Shown here: positions 9,691 through 20,791 of the stretch, in pieces
How the letters are laid out: the number at the start of each line of letters is the position of its first letter
Numbering within the stretch: position 1 is the first letter of the stretch
Source: Candidatus Zixiibacteriota bacterium
GTDB lineage: Bacteria > Zixibacteria > MSB-5A5 > UBA10806 > 4484-95
DNA: 64,000 bases
NCBI GenBank assembly: GCA_037441845.1
Contig: JBBIRK010000001.1
Location: forward strand, 401,284-465,283
Direction: 5' to 3'
The notes under the pieces: model-generated
Seen by the model: only the letters and a program-made list of their open reading frames with translations
Told to the model about the DNA's origin: nothing
Database searches by the model: none
Translations under genes and position numbers: made by a program

Positions 9691-10026
9691 TCATTCAGGC
9701 ACTGGATCCATAGTATCGGGGATACAACTCAGCACCTTTCGGGCGGCCGGTGGTGACATCTGGAGCCTCATACCTTCCTCGTTGCAGACTCGCATGAAAA
9801 AGTCGCAGAATAGGCAGTTGCGGGGTTTGCCGCTTGGGCGGCGTTGCGGCGAATCATTATTTATATTTCCGGCGACGCTCCAGCAGACCCGTCCGCCGTT
9901 TCTTCCATCGTTGACACCATCGGCGGCTACGTCGTAGGAGGCCGGGCAGATTCCCAGTCTCATCGTATTGGCGCCGCCCGGATTGCGGCCGCATTTTTTA
10001 TATTCCCAGCAGTTTATTCTTGACAT
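9691..10026 (-). CDS. Stand-alone two-CW-type Cys-rich domain protein
   Basis: NCWEYKKCGR...CPAS...GRNGGRVCWSVAG...CLFCDFF; GAGG RBS. Confidence 0.75.
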   Translation of the reverse strand: MSRINCWEYKKCGRNPGGANTMRLGICPASYDVAADGVNDGRNGGRVCWSVAGNINNDSPQRRPSGKPRNCLFCDFFMRVCNEEGMRLQMSPPAARKVLSCIPDTMDPVPE

Positions 10027-10269
10027 GTTCCACCCTCATGTTACTCAAACCCAAAACAGTCCATTAAAGATATATAACTGGAAATACAATATCGATAATC
10101 GGCAATTATGATGATAATCCGCCGCCTTCGGCGGACGATTCGGCAATTGCGCGAAATTGCCCGTATCACAATGCAACATGCAGCGACCTCAGCAATTAAC
10201 CCGCTTTAACCGCATGGTCGGCCGGCTCTTGCGCATGGGAAATGCCGATTCTTTCCGTAGCATTGTTTG

Positions 10270-10297
10270 TTGACAATAATTCAAACGGACATATATT
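10270..10297 (+). promoter_or_regulatory. Sigma70-type promoter
   Basis: TTGACA-N16-TATATT about 30 nt upstream of the M14 peptidase start. Confidence 0.5.
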
Positions 10298-10327
10298 GGA
10301 AACAAGCAGACCCGTCGTTGTTAAGGG

Positions 10328-12199
10328 GTGATTTTCTTGTTCCGCCGCACTATCAAATCGGCATTGATATGTTTTGGATTCGCCCTCGGGGCAGTCGCCC
10401 AGACGCTTCCCGAGCGTTACCACACATATCAGGATGTTCTTGATACACTTGCCGTTATGCGGGATTCGTATTCCTCGATTCTCTATCTCGACACTATGGG
10501 CTACTCCACCCGCGATAGTGTTCCCTTGTTGCGCCTAAAGATATCGGATAATGCCACTGTCGATGAAGACGAGCCGGCGGTGTTCTTTTGCAGCGGCGTT
10601 CATGCCGATGAAGTCTTGGGTGTCGAGGTAACCTTATATTTCGTCCAAGATATTCTGCGCCGCTATTCTCTCGGCGAAACTCAGGCGACCCGTTTTATAA
10701 ACGAACTGGAGATATTCGTCGTTCCTTTTATCAACCCCGAGGGGCATATCGTGGTGGAAAACGGGATGACCAGTTGGCGCAAGAACAAGTGCGACAACAA
10801 CTTTAATGGAGTGTTCGACACCCATGACGGTGTCGATAACAATCGTAATTACGATTTTGCCTGGCATCTCGACACCTCTATGTCCGCCACCGCTCCCGAC
10901 AGCCCCATGTACAAGGGTACAGCACCGTTTACCCAATCGGAAAACCGGGCAATGGCGGAATTCGCCTGGAAGTACCGCCCGATTGTGGCTTTAGATTACC
11001 ATTCGCCGACTTACGGTCGGGGTGAGATCGTTTATTATCCGTGGTATTACGACACGACCTTAAATGGGCACGGCTACGCCCCCGATGCGGCTTTTATGGG
11101 CGGCATCTGCCGTTCTTACGCCTCACGGATTTTATGCGATATCGGAGCCTCACCTTATGCGACCGGAATAGGGTATGTCCGCATGGGCGATTTCAGAACT
11201 TATTTCTACGCCAATTTCGGAACCGTGGTTTTCACGGTGGAAATATCCGATACCACGATCCAGACGCCGGCGTCGCTGATAGACCTGATAGTGAGGCGGC
11301 ATTTGAACGGCACATACTATTTGCTCTCCCGCGCTCTGGGGGCGGGAATCACCGGCATAATCAGGGATTCAATAACTTTCGAGCCGCTCGAGGCGGAGGT
11401 CCAAGTATTGGAACGGATAAATCCCGATATAAATCCCCGGCTTTCACGGCCCGATTTCGGACGATACCACAGATTGCTCGGATCCGGCACATATACTCTT
11501 CGCTTCGTTAAGGACGGCTATCATACCAAGCAAATTGACAGCGTCGCGGTCGGAGGCGCCTCGCCGACGATCAACGATGTCTATCTATCTCCGCTATACC
11601 CGCGGCCGCCGGCGCCGGTGCTGACTTCTCCGGGCGACTACGACACGTTGGCCTCGGGACCGATGGATTTTCTGTGGCAGGAATCGAATTACGCATCATT
11701 CTATCTGTTCGAGCTTTCCGCCGATTCTTCGTTCAATTCACTGCTCATGTACGATTCCACGATATCGACAACCGGCTATCATATAGATATCCCATTTCCG
11801 GACGGCATCTACTATTGGCGGGTCAAGGGAGGAAACGTCAACGGCTGGGGACCCTATTCCTCCCGAGCCCGATTCGTTGTGCTGACCGGTTCGAAATACG
11901 CGGGCGATGCGACAATCCCGAAATTTTTCGCTCTGTATCAGAATTATCCCAACCCATTCAATCTATCCACGACCATACGATTCGACCTACCGAAAATCGC
12001 TCCGGTCACCCTTGAGGTATTCGATTTGACGGGTGCGCTGGTGAGCAAAAGATATCTGGGTCTATTAGGCCCGGGGCGGCATGCTGTCCGCTGGCAGGCC
12101 GGCGATGTCGAAGGTAAAGAACCGGCTTCGGGGATTTACTTCATCCGCCTGAAAACGCCAGAGTGGTCACAAGGCCGCAAGATGCTTATGCTTAAATAG
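10328..12199 (+). CDS. Secreted M14 zinc carboxypeptidase with C-terminal sorting (T9SS-A/FlgD-like) domain
   Basis: HADE zinc motif, WRKN, DNNRNY, DYHS, TVEI; carboxypeptidase regulatory-like and FN3-like regions; YQNYPNPFN...ASGIYF...RKMLMLK. Confidence 0.85.
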   Translation: MIFLFRRTIKSALICFGFALGAVAQTLPERYHTYQDVLDTLAVMRDSYSSILYLDTMGYSTRDSVPLLRLKISDNATVDEDEPAVFFCSGVHADEVLGVEVTLYFVQDILRRYSLGETQATRFINELEIFVVPFINPEGHIVVENGMTSWRKNKCDNNFNGVFDTHDGVDNNRNYDFAWHLDTSMSATAPDSPMYKGTAPFTQSENRAMAEFAWKYRPIVALDYHSPTYGRGEIVYYPWYYDTTLNGHGYAPDAAFMGGICRSYASRILCDIGASPYATGIGYVRMGDFRTYFYANFGTVVFTVEISDTTIQTPASLIDLIVRRHLNGTYYLLSRALGAGITGIIRDSITFEPLEAEVQVLERINPDINPRLSRPDFGRYHRLLGSGTYTLRFVKDGYHTKQIDSVAVGGASPTINDVYLSPLYPRPPAPVLTSPGDYDTLASGPMDFLWQESNYASFYLFELSADSSFNSLLMYDSTISTTGYHIDIPFPDGIYYWRVKGGNVNGWGPYSSRARFVVLTGSKYAGDATIPKFFALYQNYPNPFNLSTTIRFDLPKIAPVTLEVFDLTGALVSKRYLGLLGPGRHAVRWQAGDVEGKEPASGIYFIRLKTPEWSQGRKMLMLK

Positions 12200-12344
12200 A
12201 CCCGGGGGAAATTCCCGTTCGGCCGCAGCCGCTTTTATATTCCCTTTTCGAAATCGAACCAATATGGTTGCACATCGGCCTTCCGAAGGTTAATTTTGTC
12301 TCGATGACAGGCAAGCGTATCAATTCGAAAGCAACGGTTCGGCC

Positions 12345-13190
12345 ATGAAGATAGTAAAATCGATTCGCGCCATGCAAAAATTCGCCGATAGCCGGCGTCG
12401 GCGGGGAAAATCGATCGGACTGGTGCCCACCATGGGGGCGTTGCATGAAGGGCATCTGTCCTTGATAAAAAGATCCGCCCGTGAAAATGACCTCACGGTT
12501 GTTTCCATATTCGTGAACCCCACGCAGTTCGGACCCGGCGAGGATTTCGATCGCTACCCGCGGCGGCCATCGCAAGACCTCAGGCTTGCCGCAAGAGCCG
12601 GCGCCGATATCGTTTTCATGCCTCGGAACGACGATATCTATCCGGAAAACTTCGGAACGTTCGTCGATCCCGGTGCGATCGGGGAAATTCTCGAGGGCAA
12701 AGCGCGGCCGGGTCATTTCCGGGGTGTGGCTACGATTTGCGTCAAGCTGTTCAATATCGTCAAACCGCACCGGGCCTATTTCGGCCAAAAAGACGCTCAA
12801 CAACTTGCGATTATGCTGCGCCTGGTTAAGGACCTCAATTTCGACATGAAAATCGTCGCCTGCAAGATCGTCAGGTCTCCCCAGGGGGTAGCCTTGTCAT
12901 CGCGACATGCTTATCTCGATAAAGACGATCTGATCAAAGCCGAGGCAATATACAGCTCGCTGCAACAGGCCCGCCGAATGATCTTATCGGGCGAGCGCGA
13001 CATCGAAAAAATCAAACTCACCATTAAATCCATTATCGAATCCCGACCGCCGCTGCAACTGGAATATGTTTCCTTGAATAGCTGGCCTGATCTTGCAACG
13101 GTTAATAAGCTCGAAGGCAGAATATTGATTTCATTGGTCGCCGGAATAAAGGGAATTCGACTTCTGGATAACATTGTAATCAAAGTTTAG
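12345..13190 (+). CDS. panC: Pantoate--beta-alanine ligase
   Basis: VPTMGALHEGHLSL, SIFVNPTQF, RPGHFRGV, YFGQKDAQQL, ALSSR, RLLDN. Confidence 0.97.
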   Translation: MKIVKSIRAMQKFADSRRRRGKSIGLVPTMGALHEGHLSLIKRSARENDLTVVSIFVNPTQFGPGEDFDRYPRRPSQDLRLAARAGADIVFMPRNDDIYPENFGTFVDPGAIGEILEGKARPGHFRGVATICVKLFNIVKPHRAYFGQKDAQQLAIMLRLVKDLNFDMKIVACKIVRSPQGVALSSRHAYLDKDDLIKAEAIYSSLQQARRMILSGERDIEKIKLTIKSIIESRPPLQLEYVSLNSWPDLATVNKLEGRILISLVAGIKGIRLLDNIVIKV

Positions 13191-13235
13191 AATTTATCGG
13201 GAATCTCGCCGACGGGAACCCGCAAATATATTTTT

Positions 13236-13880
13236 TCAATGGTGTTCCATCGTTGACTGATTTTTGCCGTGATGCCCGCCGTGTTGCTCGGATTCTATTG
13301 GCTGTCCCCTTCGCTCTTGTTTGGATACGGATAAAGTGTCTGGGGCAGTCGGTTTGAGCGGGCTTGCCCTTTGAGAATCCTCGGCCGTCGGCGGCGGCAA
13401 TTCATTCAGATTATAAAGAGCCTTGATATATTCCATGTTTTCGTCGTGCGTGATCATGGCGGCATCTACGCCGACTCCATACTGGTAGATGCCCAATTTG
13501 CCTATTTGGCCGATTCCGAAAATCAGCCCCAGACAGAGCCCGCAAAGGCCGAGATATCCGCAAAACAACTTTTCCGGCAAAAGTTTGTGAAGAATCAGTC
13601 TATAGTTGGCCAGAAGCAAGATCAGAAAAAACAATACGAAACCGAGCGTTTCATGCGATGCCATCAGCTGTTTTCCCTCGGCTGTCATCCAGGCGAATTT
13701 CATATCTATCAAACCGCTGAGCACCGATACAAACATCATCGCCGCCGCAATCCCTATGTGCCACTTGGCCAGGATGACCCAAAGCCGCTTGCCGCTGAGC
13801 TGCACCAACATTTCGTAAATCACGGCCAGGACCGTAATCACCAAGGCGAACTCAACGATCCAACGGTGCATACCTTGCAT
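13236..13880 (-). CDS. DUF2231-like membrane protein
   Basis: MH...F.L N-terminus, four TM segments, SG..D and H...G motifs, G.LG.YQYGVGV. Confidence 0.55.
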   Translation of the reverse strand: MQGMHRWIVEFALVITVLAVIYEMLVQLSGKRLWVILAKWHIGIAAAMMFVSVLSGLIDMKFAWMTAEGKQLMASHETLGFVLFFLILLLANYRLILHKLLPEKLFCGYLGLCGLCLGLIFGIGQIGKLGIYQYGVGVDAAMITHDENMEYIKALYNLNELPPPTAEDSQRASPLKPTAPDTLSVSKQERRGQPIESEQHGGHHGKNQSTMEHH

Positions 13881-14060
13881 GCCGCAATTCCCCCGCCATA
13901 TTATTATTGAAAGTTATCGGCCGCCGCCGCCCCTGCAATTCGGCGGATCGGGAGATACGGTTTCAATATGCAACAATGATTAAACCTTCAACGGGCAGGC
14001 GATTTCACGATAGTATGGCGCGTAAAATCCATTTCGAGCGGGTTTCAAGCGCCCGCGTCG

Positions 14061-16484
14061 TCAAGATTTTTTGACTTTGCCCTGTTTGCCGCCGCTTTTT
14101 TTGCCCGATGTCTTATCGATTTTCAAACCGAGTGCATGCCAGAGAACCTCGCTCACCGAATCGACCGGAATGAATTTTATGCGCGAGGTTATCTCTTTCG
14201 GAATCTCGATCAGATCCTTCTCGTTTTTCTTGGGAAAAATGATCTGCCTGATGCCGGATCGATAGGCCGCCAAAGCTTTCTGTTTCAATCCGCCGATCGG
14301 CAATACTTCCCCGCGAAGAGTTATTTCTCCGGTCATGGCCAAAAGCGGTCTGACCGGCCTTTTCGTAGCCAGAGAGGCAAGCGCGGTGAACATGGTAATT
14401 CCGGCCGATGGGCCGTCTTTGGGAGTCGAGCCCGCGGGAACATGAACGTGGAAATCGTTCTTGTTGAAATAATCGGGTTCAATCCCCAGCTCGTCGGCCA
14501 AAGACCGCAAGTGCGAGAGAGCGGTGAACACCGATTCTTTCATGACATCGCCCAACTGCCCGGTGAGCGTTATTTCTTTTTTGCCGGGCATGGCGGTGGC
14601 TTCAACGAAAAGAATCTCACCGCCGGTCGAGGTCCAGGCGAGCCCGGGGACAACCCCGATGCGAGGGATATTATCGGCGATTTCCCGATAGATTTTGGCG
14701 GGACCGAGATACTCTTCGACTTCCGCCGGCGTTATCGATATTTTTCCCGCCTCGAGCGATGCCACCTTGCGGGCCACCTTTCGGCAGATCGTACCGATCT
14801 CACGATTAAGGTTCCTCAGCCCGGATTCCCTGGTATAAAGAGAAATGATCTTCTTGATGGCGTTATCCGATATGCTCAGGTTTTTCGCTTTCAAGCCATG
14901 GTCTTCGAGGTTTCTCGGAACCAGATATTTCTTGGCGATAGCCAATTTCTCGAGATCGGTGTAGCCCGAAAGTACGATGACCTCCATCCTGTCGAGGAGC
15001 ACGGCCGGTATAGTTTCGAGGATATTGGCGGTGGTGATGAACATTACCTTGGTCAGATCGAAATTCACGTCCAAATAATGATCAGAGAAGCTGAAATTCT
15101 GTTCGGGATCGAGCACCTCGAGCAGCGCCGAGGATGGATCTCCTCGAAAATCCTGCCCGATTTTATCTACTTCATCGAGCATGAAAACCGGATTATTGGA
15201 ACCGGCCTTGCGCAACCCCTGGATAATTCTGCCTGGCAGCGCGCCGATATATGTCCTGCGGTGGCCGCGGATTTCGGCTTCGTCCCGCACGCCGCCGAGC
15301 GAAATGCGATGGAATTTACGCCCCATGGCCCGGGCGATTGAGCGGCCCAGCGAGGTTTTGCCGACACCCGGCGGGCCTACGAAACAAAGAATCGGCCCTT
15401 TAAGATCTTTTTTTAACTTGCGCACCGCCAGAAATTCCAGAATCCTTTCTTTCACTTTGTCTAGATCGAAATGATCCTCGTTTAGAATTTTCTGTGCGGC
15501 TTTGATATCGAGTATGTCCTCCGTGGATATCGACCACGGCAGGCTGACAAGCCAATCGAGATATGTGCGGCTTACCGTATATTCGGCGGCCGCCGGGCTC
15601 ATTTTAGACAGACGGTCAAGCTCTTTTTGAGCCGCCTCGAGCGCCTCCTTGGGCATGCCCGCCTTTTCGATTTTGGCTTTGAATTCCTCGATCTCTAGGG
15701 TGCGGTCGTCGGCCTCCCCGAGTTCCCTTTGGATCGCCTTCAGTTGTTCGCGCAGAATATATTCTTTCTGCGATTTGCCCATCTCGCTGGCCGCCTCGGA
15801 CTGGATTTTCCGTGACATCTCGAGTATCTGCAGCTCTTTGGATATCAAGAGCATCACCCGATATAGGCGCTGTTTCACGTCGAATATCTCGAGTATATTC
15901 TGCTTTTCCTGTATGCTGGCGTTGAGGTTCGAGGCGATCAGGTCTGCCAGCCTGGCGGGGTCGGATGTGTTATATGCGGAAATCTGCAGGTCGTCCGGAA
16001 GATACGGTGCGAGCTTGATCACCTTCGCCAGTTGATCCATTATATTCCTGGCCAGCGCCTCGGCTTCTATCGACGGCGAAAATATCTCCTCCGGGGCCTC
16101 AACCTCCCCCTTCCAATAGGGATCGGTTTGGATAATCCTTTTGAGACGGATCCGGGCGATTCCCTGCACCAGAAAACGCACGGAACCATCAGGGAAACGC
16201 AGCATCTTGAGAATCTGGCCGGCCGTACCGATTTGATAAATATCATCGATACCCGGCTTTTCCACTTCGGCATCTATTTGCGTAAAAAGACCGAGAGGCT
16301 TTCCCGACATAAGGGTTTCGTCGACCAGCTTGGTATCGCGTGATTCGGCCACCATCAAGGACGTGACCAGAGCCGGAAAAACCACCGTCCCTTTCACCGG
16401 AAGGATGGCGATCGGTTCGGAACAAATACGCTCCTTCTCCTTGGCGATCGCCTGCTGGATATCTTCACCATTACCTGTGACCAT
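14061..16484 (-). CDS. lon: ATP-dependent protease La
   Basis: LON-N domain, Walker [24 protein letters not shown], catalytic PKDGPSAG. Confidence 0.97.
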   Translation of the reverse strand: MVTGNGEDIQQAIAKEKERICSEPIAILPVKGTVVFPALVTSLMVAESRDTKLVDETLMSGKPLGLFTQIDAEVEKPGIDDIYQIGTAGQILKMLRFPDGSVRFLVQGIARIRLKRIIQTDPYWKGEVEAPEEIFSPSIEAEALARNIMDQLAKVIKLAPYLPDDLQISAYNTSDPARLADLIASNLNASIQEKQNILEIFDVKQRLYRVMLLISKELQILEMSRKIQSEAASEMGKSQKEYILREQLKAIQRELGEADDRTLEIEEFKAKIEKAGMPKEALEAAQKELDRLSKMSPAAAEYTVSRTYLDWLVSLPWSISTEDILDIKAAQKILNEDHFDLDKVKERILEFLAVRKLKKDLKGPILCFVGPPGVGKTSLGRSIARAMGRKFHRISLGGVRDEAEIRGHRRTYIGALPGRIIQGLRKAGSNNPVFMLDEVDKIGQDFRGDPSSALLEVLDPEQNFSFSDHYLDVNFDLTKVMFITTANILETIPAVLLDRMEVIVLSGYTDLEKLAIAKKYLVPRNLEDHGLKAKNLSISDNAIKKIISLYTRESGLRNLNREIGTICRKVARKVASLEAGKISITPAEVEEYLGPAKIYREIADNIPRIGVVPGLAWTSTGGEILFVEATAMPGKKEITLTGQLGDVMKESVFTALSHLRSLADELGIEPDYFNKNDFHVHVPAGSTPKDGPSAGITMFTALASLATKRPVRPLLAMTGEITLRGEVLPIGGLKQKALAAYRSGIRQIIFPKKNEKDLIEIPKEITSRIKFIPVDSVSEVLWHALGLKIDKTSGKKSGGKQGKVKKS

Positions 16485-16538
16485 TATCCTGACTCCTGTC
16501 GCCGGTTAAACTATTGCGCCACGCATATAGCATCGACA

Positions 16539-16847
16539 TCATCGATCATCTTCTACACCGTAAAACAACTTCTTTTGCCGTTCGAGCCAATCGAAAAATT
16601 TCTGCTTTTTTTCGGGGAATTTGAAATGCAACAGATATTCGCCTTTGCGGTTAGAGGGAGCATCGTATGGATTGAACATGAACCTGAAATCATCCTCGAA
16701 TTTCTTTCTGTCGCCTGCCGAGCTTTCCCATCCGGAGGGGTCGATATCGGTGCCGCCGGAAAACGAGACTAAAAACGAATCGGGCTTATCGGCCGGCTTG
16801 ATGGTTAAGTTAAAAGATTTGAAATTGATGATCCTCGGTCTGTCCAT
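16539..16847 (-). CDS. Hypothetical protein
   Basis: 102-aa ORF with AAGGAG upstream, co-oriented with lon; no motif recognised. Confidence 0.6.
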   Translation of the reverse strand: MDRPRIINFKSFNLTIKPADKPDSFLVSFSGGTDIDPSGWESSAGDRKKFEDDFRFMFNPYDAPSNRKGEYLLHFKFPEKKQKFFDWLERQKKLFYGVEDDR

Positions 16848-17059
16848 TTCTTTGCTTATACTCCTTCAAGGTCCCGGATCTCTATCAACTAAAGCCCGGG
16901 GGAATCAATCATTTCGCTGCAATATAAAACATTTACGGCGGCTTTTGTCTATGAAAATAAATTCGGCTTTGAAGAGAACGCGTCCTTGAAAGGGAGATAC
17001 TATGGCCTTTACATCGAGGAACGAAATGAATATCATGTTGCGGGAGTAATTTAAGGCAA

Positions 17060-18520
17060 ATGAATGACAGACGCGCAGATTTCAGGGAAAAGCTGCTGAT
17101 AGCGCTGATAGTGGCAGGCGCGGTTGTTTTTTATTTGCCGTTTTTGTCTCGGCAGTTTATCGGCGACGACTGGTTATGGCTTTATAATGCCAAGTCGGCG
17201 GCGAAAGATCCTTCTATTTTTTTCGAGCGCCCGATGTATGGGTATTTCCGACCGCTCAACATGGCCGTAATTTTCGCGATGCTGCATATTTTCGGGCCGC
17301 ATGCATGGATTTTCAGCTTGGGCAGCGTTTTTCTGCATTGCGCCAACGTATTTTTGCTCTGGACCGCGTTGCGGGCATATGGTGTGCCTAAAGAGATAAG
17401 ACTGCTGGCGCCTTTTATATTCGCTTTCTATTATCTGAACATATCGGCGATCGAATGGATTTCCGTGGGACATGATTTATGGGTTACCGGATTGATTCTG
17501 ATATTCATGATCTTATTGAAAAAATTTCATGAGCGGCCGGATATCGGCGGTTTCTCGGTCATGTTTGCAGTTGGTTTGGCGGCCGCGTTGTTCAAGGAAT
17601 CGGGATTGATAGCGATCGCTTTATATTTCGGCTATTTGTTGCTCAGCGGTGCCAATCCTTTTGCCGCCGCATATCGGAAATATTCACTTCTGTATATTGT
17701 ATTTTATTCCACTTATATTATCATCTATTTTCAAACACGCGCATTCGCCGACAAGCAAATCGAAATAGGCCTGAGCGCAGTAGTGAACACGATTTATTTT
17801 ATTACTTATCTACTGGTACCGTTAGCCAAGCGGGTGGCTGATGGATTCTCGCCTGAATTGACGGCGATCTTGAACTGGATGAGGATTTTGGTGATGCCGA
17901 TATTGACGGCGTCGCTCATATACGCCGTTTTCAGGGGCTCCAAAGCGGTCAGGATATTTATTATTATGATGGTGTTGTTTATCGGGACGGTGGCGGTTTT
18001 CAAGTGGAATCTTTCGCTTTTTTCGCCTTATCCCGAGGATCCGGCCTCGCGTTTCATGTATAGCCCCTTTGTCGGCATGGCGGTATTTCTGGGCCGGTTG
18101 ATCGGCGGTGGTTTCAACCTGCTGAAAAACATGCGCGTGATGAAAACGATAACCGCCGGTCTGGCAGTTATATATATCGCGGCGAATTTCGCGGTGGTTG
18201 CCGATATGTCAACGGTTTTCGCCGATCAACAACGACTAAGCCAGAGGATAATCGACGGCATTCAAAATAACTTAGAGCAGTTCTCAGATATCGACAGCGT
18301 GATTGTAGTGACCGATAATCTATCCGCCACCGAACAGATGATCAGCTCCAACAAACACCTGCCAGCGATACTATACGTGATATTCGATAAGAAATTGACG
18401 TCACATACGGTTGAAGACTCGGCATTCTCAAAATTCGAACTCGGAAAACAAAATCGAACCTTGACCGTAGGATGGGATGATCGTGGTGGATTTGTTTTCA
18501 TCCACGATCTCAAAATGTAA
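17060..18520 (+). CDS. Polytopic membrane protein, GT-C-type glycosyltransferase-like
   Basis: First-loop GDDW, YFRPL, LHCAN, ALFKE, RFMYSP motifs typical of GT-C folds. Confidence 0.7.
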   Translation: MNDRRADFREKLLIALIVAGAVVFYLPFLSRQFIGDDWLWLYNAKSAAKDPSIFFERPMYGYFRPLNMAVIFAMLHIFGPHAWIFSLGSVFLHCANVFLLWTALRAYGVPKEIRLLAPFIFAFYYLNISAIEWISVGHDLWVTGLILIFMILLKKFHERPDIGGFSVMFAVGLAAALFKESGLIAIALYFGYLLLSGANPFAAAYRKYSLLYIVFYSTYIIIYFQTRAFADKQIEIGLSAVVNTIYFITYLLVPLAKRVADGFSPELTAILNWMRILVMPILTASLIYAVFRGSKAVRIFIIMMVLFIGTVAVFKWNLSLFSPYPEDPASRFMYSPFVGMAVFLGRLIGGGFNLLKNMRVMKTITAGLAVIYIAANFAVVADMSTVFADQQRLSQRIIDGIQNNLEQFSDIDSVIVVTDNLSATEQMISSNKHLPAILYVIFDKKLTSHTVEDSAFSKFELGKQNRTLTVGWDDRGGFVFIHDLKM

Positions 18521-18543
18521 AATTCGATTAGGCATAAAATATT

Positions 18544-19956
18544 ATGGTGCCAAACACGGGGCAGGCAAGGCTGTCAATAGAGACTCCACAATTAAGTGTC
18601 GGCGCCAAGTCGACCTTGGCCGCGCTGAGTTTACTATCATGCGCCATGGCGATATTTCTGCCTTCTTCTCCGCAGATTCTGTTAGCAATGATTCTGCTGA
18701 TTGTTTTGCTGTCCGTAATGAAGGCGGGTTTCTCTCAGTATATCTTATTAGTAACTATTATACCGCCGGCGTTACAAATCAAAACCGAGCAGATCGGTCT
18801 TATCGGGCTGATTGCGGTGATCGGATTTGCTCTTTTCCAGGCGTTCGCTGAAATCGCGATCGGCAAAGGTCATTTCGTGCGCCATAGATTGATCGATTTC
18901 TTAATAGCCATAAATATATATTTTTCATTGAATACGTTCATATCCTCTCTTTACAATTCTTCGCTGAACCAAACCGCATTCATGGAGATTATGCGGTTTC
19001 TATTATATGCAGCGATTATAGGCATGGCGTATTATTTCACTACGGACATCAAAGCGGTGTATAAAATTATCTGGACGGCGATGGCGGGTTCGGTTCTACT
19101 TGCCTTGATCGGATATAAGCTGATTCTTGCTGCGGGATCAACCACATTCGATCTATATGGAGCCGCATTCCTGCATGCGGCAAGTCTCGGAACAGCCAAT
19201 GCCAACACCATAGCCACGATAATCGCCAACCCGATGCCGGTATTGATAGCCTATTTGATTTATGGAGAGAAACGAAGCTATAAATTTATTCTGAGCATAT
19301 TATTCGGGTTGCTATTTTTAGTTTGGATGATCTGGAATTCTCGGGCAAGTTATATATATTTATTTACTGCTATTCTCGCGCTCGTCGCGTTCCATAAGAA
19401 TAGATTGAGATATCTTCTGATAATATCCGCGATTACGATATTGGTTATTGTGCTTGCCCTAACCGAAGCTGTACCGATTTTGACCGATTTTCTTCGCCTC
19501 GGAATGGGCCTATCTCATCGCGAAGATTTATGGCTTGCCGGCTTGCGGATGATTGCCGAAAGCCCGTTATTGGGTAAGGGACCGAGCTATTTTGACCAAT
19601 CCAAATATTACTATATGGATCCCGGTCATGGCCGTCTCGTCGCAGGACCTTGGACGGGAATATCCCCTCATAATGTCCTGATTATGAGGGGAGTTGACAT
19701 GGGAATTCCAGCGATTTTCGCACAGCTTCTATATTGGATCTTCCCCTTGGTGTTTTTGGCCAGGCATGCGAAAAATATAAAAAATACCAATTACTATTAC
19801 CTATACCTGGCCGCCATGGCGGTTTGGATAGGCATAATCGGTAGATCCCAATTCGATACCGGGGCAAATATATTCAGCATGCTTATGCTTGCGGCATCCG
19901 TAAGGCTGCTCGAATTTGCAAGGAATAACGGTCAAGCAAATGTTCGCAATTTGTAG
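18544..19956 (+). CDS. O-antigen ligase / Wzy_C family protein
   Basis: Many TM segments; NANT, SRA, R..LW..G...I..SPLLGKG, PHN...G motifs. Confidence 0.8.
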   Translation: MVPNTGQARLSIETPQLSVGAKSTLAALSLLSCAMAIFLPSSPQILLAMILLIVLLSVMKAGFSQYILLVTIIPPALQIKTEQIGLIGLIAVIGFALFQAFAEIAIGKGHFVRHRLIDFLIAINIYFSLNTFISSLYNSSLNQTAFMEIMRFLLYAAIIGMAYYFTTDIKAVYKIIWTAMAGSVLLALIGYKLILAAGSTTFDLYGAAFLHAASLGTANANTIATIIANPMPVLIAYLIYGEKRSYKFILSILFGLLFLVWMIWNSRASYIYLFTAILALVAFHKNRLRYLLIISAITILVIVLALTEAVPILTDFLRLGMGLSHREDLWLAGLRMIAESPLLGKGPSYFDQSKYYYMDPGHGRLVAGPWTGISPHNVLIMRGVDMGIPAIFAQLLYWIFPLVFLARHAKNIKNTNYYYLYLAAMAVWIGIIGRSQFDTGANIFSMLMLAASVRLLEFARNNGQANVRNL

Positions 19957-20011
19957 TCATTTTCTAGATTTCAGAACCTGACATGGTCCACCTAACCCCT
20001 CGCATTTTCGC

Positions 20012-20039
20012 TTGACGCTGAAATCGGCACGGATATATT
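20012..20039 (+). promoter_or_regulatory. Sigma70-type promoter of the rpmH operon
   Basis: TTGACG-N16-TATATT. Confidence 0.55.
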
Positions 20040-20066
20040 GCAATATTATTAAAGACAGGAACGAAA

Positions 20067-20210
20067 ATGAAACGAACTTTTCAACCTTCAAAAAGAAAAA
20101 GAGTCAACGACCACGGCTTTCGCAAGAGAATGTCGACCAAGTCCGGCCGCGATGTGCTCAAGCGGCGCCGGGCAAAAGGACGCAAACGCCTGACCGTCTC
20201 CGATGAATGA
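20067..20210 (+). CDS. rpmH: 50S ribosomal protein L34
   Basis: Manual translation [47 protein letters not shown] (below the ORF-track size cut-off). Confidence 0.97.
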   Translation: MKRTFQPSKRKRVNDHGFRKRMSTKSGRDVLKRRRAKGRKRLTVSDE

Positions 20211-20550
20211 TCGCGCTTTGCGGCATCGCCATAATCGACTACCTATCGCCCAAAGGCTGACAAGCCGTAAATCGATCGTCAATATCCTGCGATCGGGCAA
20301 TATCGCCGATGGGAATCAGGCTAAACTTTACTTTCTGCCCCAAAGCCAAAGCGCATTCACCATTATCGTCGGCAAGAAGGTGGGCAACGCCGTCAGAAGA
20401 AATAGAATCAAGCGCATAATCAGAGAGTTCATGCGGCAGAATAAAGCTCTATGGCCGCCGAATACGCAAATGGTCATCAAAATAAATGAGCCGGTGACCG
20501 ACGAACAGGCTTTGATAAACGAAATCAAGCAATTACTGTCAGGAATCTGA
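20203..20550 (+). CDS. rnpA: Ribonuclease P protein component
   Basis: [18 protein letters not shown] motif; position between rpmH and yidD. Confidence 0.93.
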   Translation: MNDRALRHRHNRLPIAQRLTSRKSIVNILRSGNIADGNQAKLYFLPQSQSAFTIIVGKKVGNAVRRNRIKRIIREFMRQNKALWPPNTQMVIKINEPVTDEQALINEIKQLLSGI

Positions 20551-20556
20551 CCACAC

Positions 20557-20769
20557 ATGCTGCCCAGGATACTGGCCTACATCATAAGACTTTACCAAGT
20601 CAGCATCGGACTGCTTTTCGCCGGCAGTTGCCGTTATTATCCGACATGCTCGGAATACGCAAGACAGGCCGTGCTTAAAAAGGGGATATTCAAAGGTATC
20701 GCGATGGGGACGTGGCGGATTTTGCGTTGCAATCCTTTCAGCCGCGGCGGTTATGATCCTGTCGATTGA
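20557..20769 (+). CDS. yidD: Membrane protein insertion efficiency factor
   Basis: [10 protein letters not shown]...[16 protein letters not shown]. Confidence 0.95.
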   Translation: MLPRILAYIIRLYQVSIGLLFAGSCRYYPTCSEYARQAVLKKGIFKGIAMGTWRILRCNPFSRGGYDPVD

Positions 20770-20791
20770 GCGATAAGCCTATAGGAGCGAT

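Noticed and set aside
10119..10136. Short GC palindrome tccgccg-cctt-cggcgga as a REP-like repeat
   Set aside because: Only one clear copy was seen in the window.
13914..13921. Sigma28-like GCCGATAA element upstream of the DUF2231 gene, with weaker ones near 10100 and 61910
   Set aside because: No properly spaced TAAA -35 element; too weak to call.
14136..15341. Long antisense ORFs (also 22586-23467, 44995-45963, 59248-60195, 5366-6196)
   Set aside because: They are shadows of well-supported genes on the opposite strand and carry no recognisable motifs.
19957..20066. Replication origin upstream of rpmH
   Set aside because: No TTATCCACA-type boxes and no dnaA nearby.
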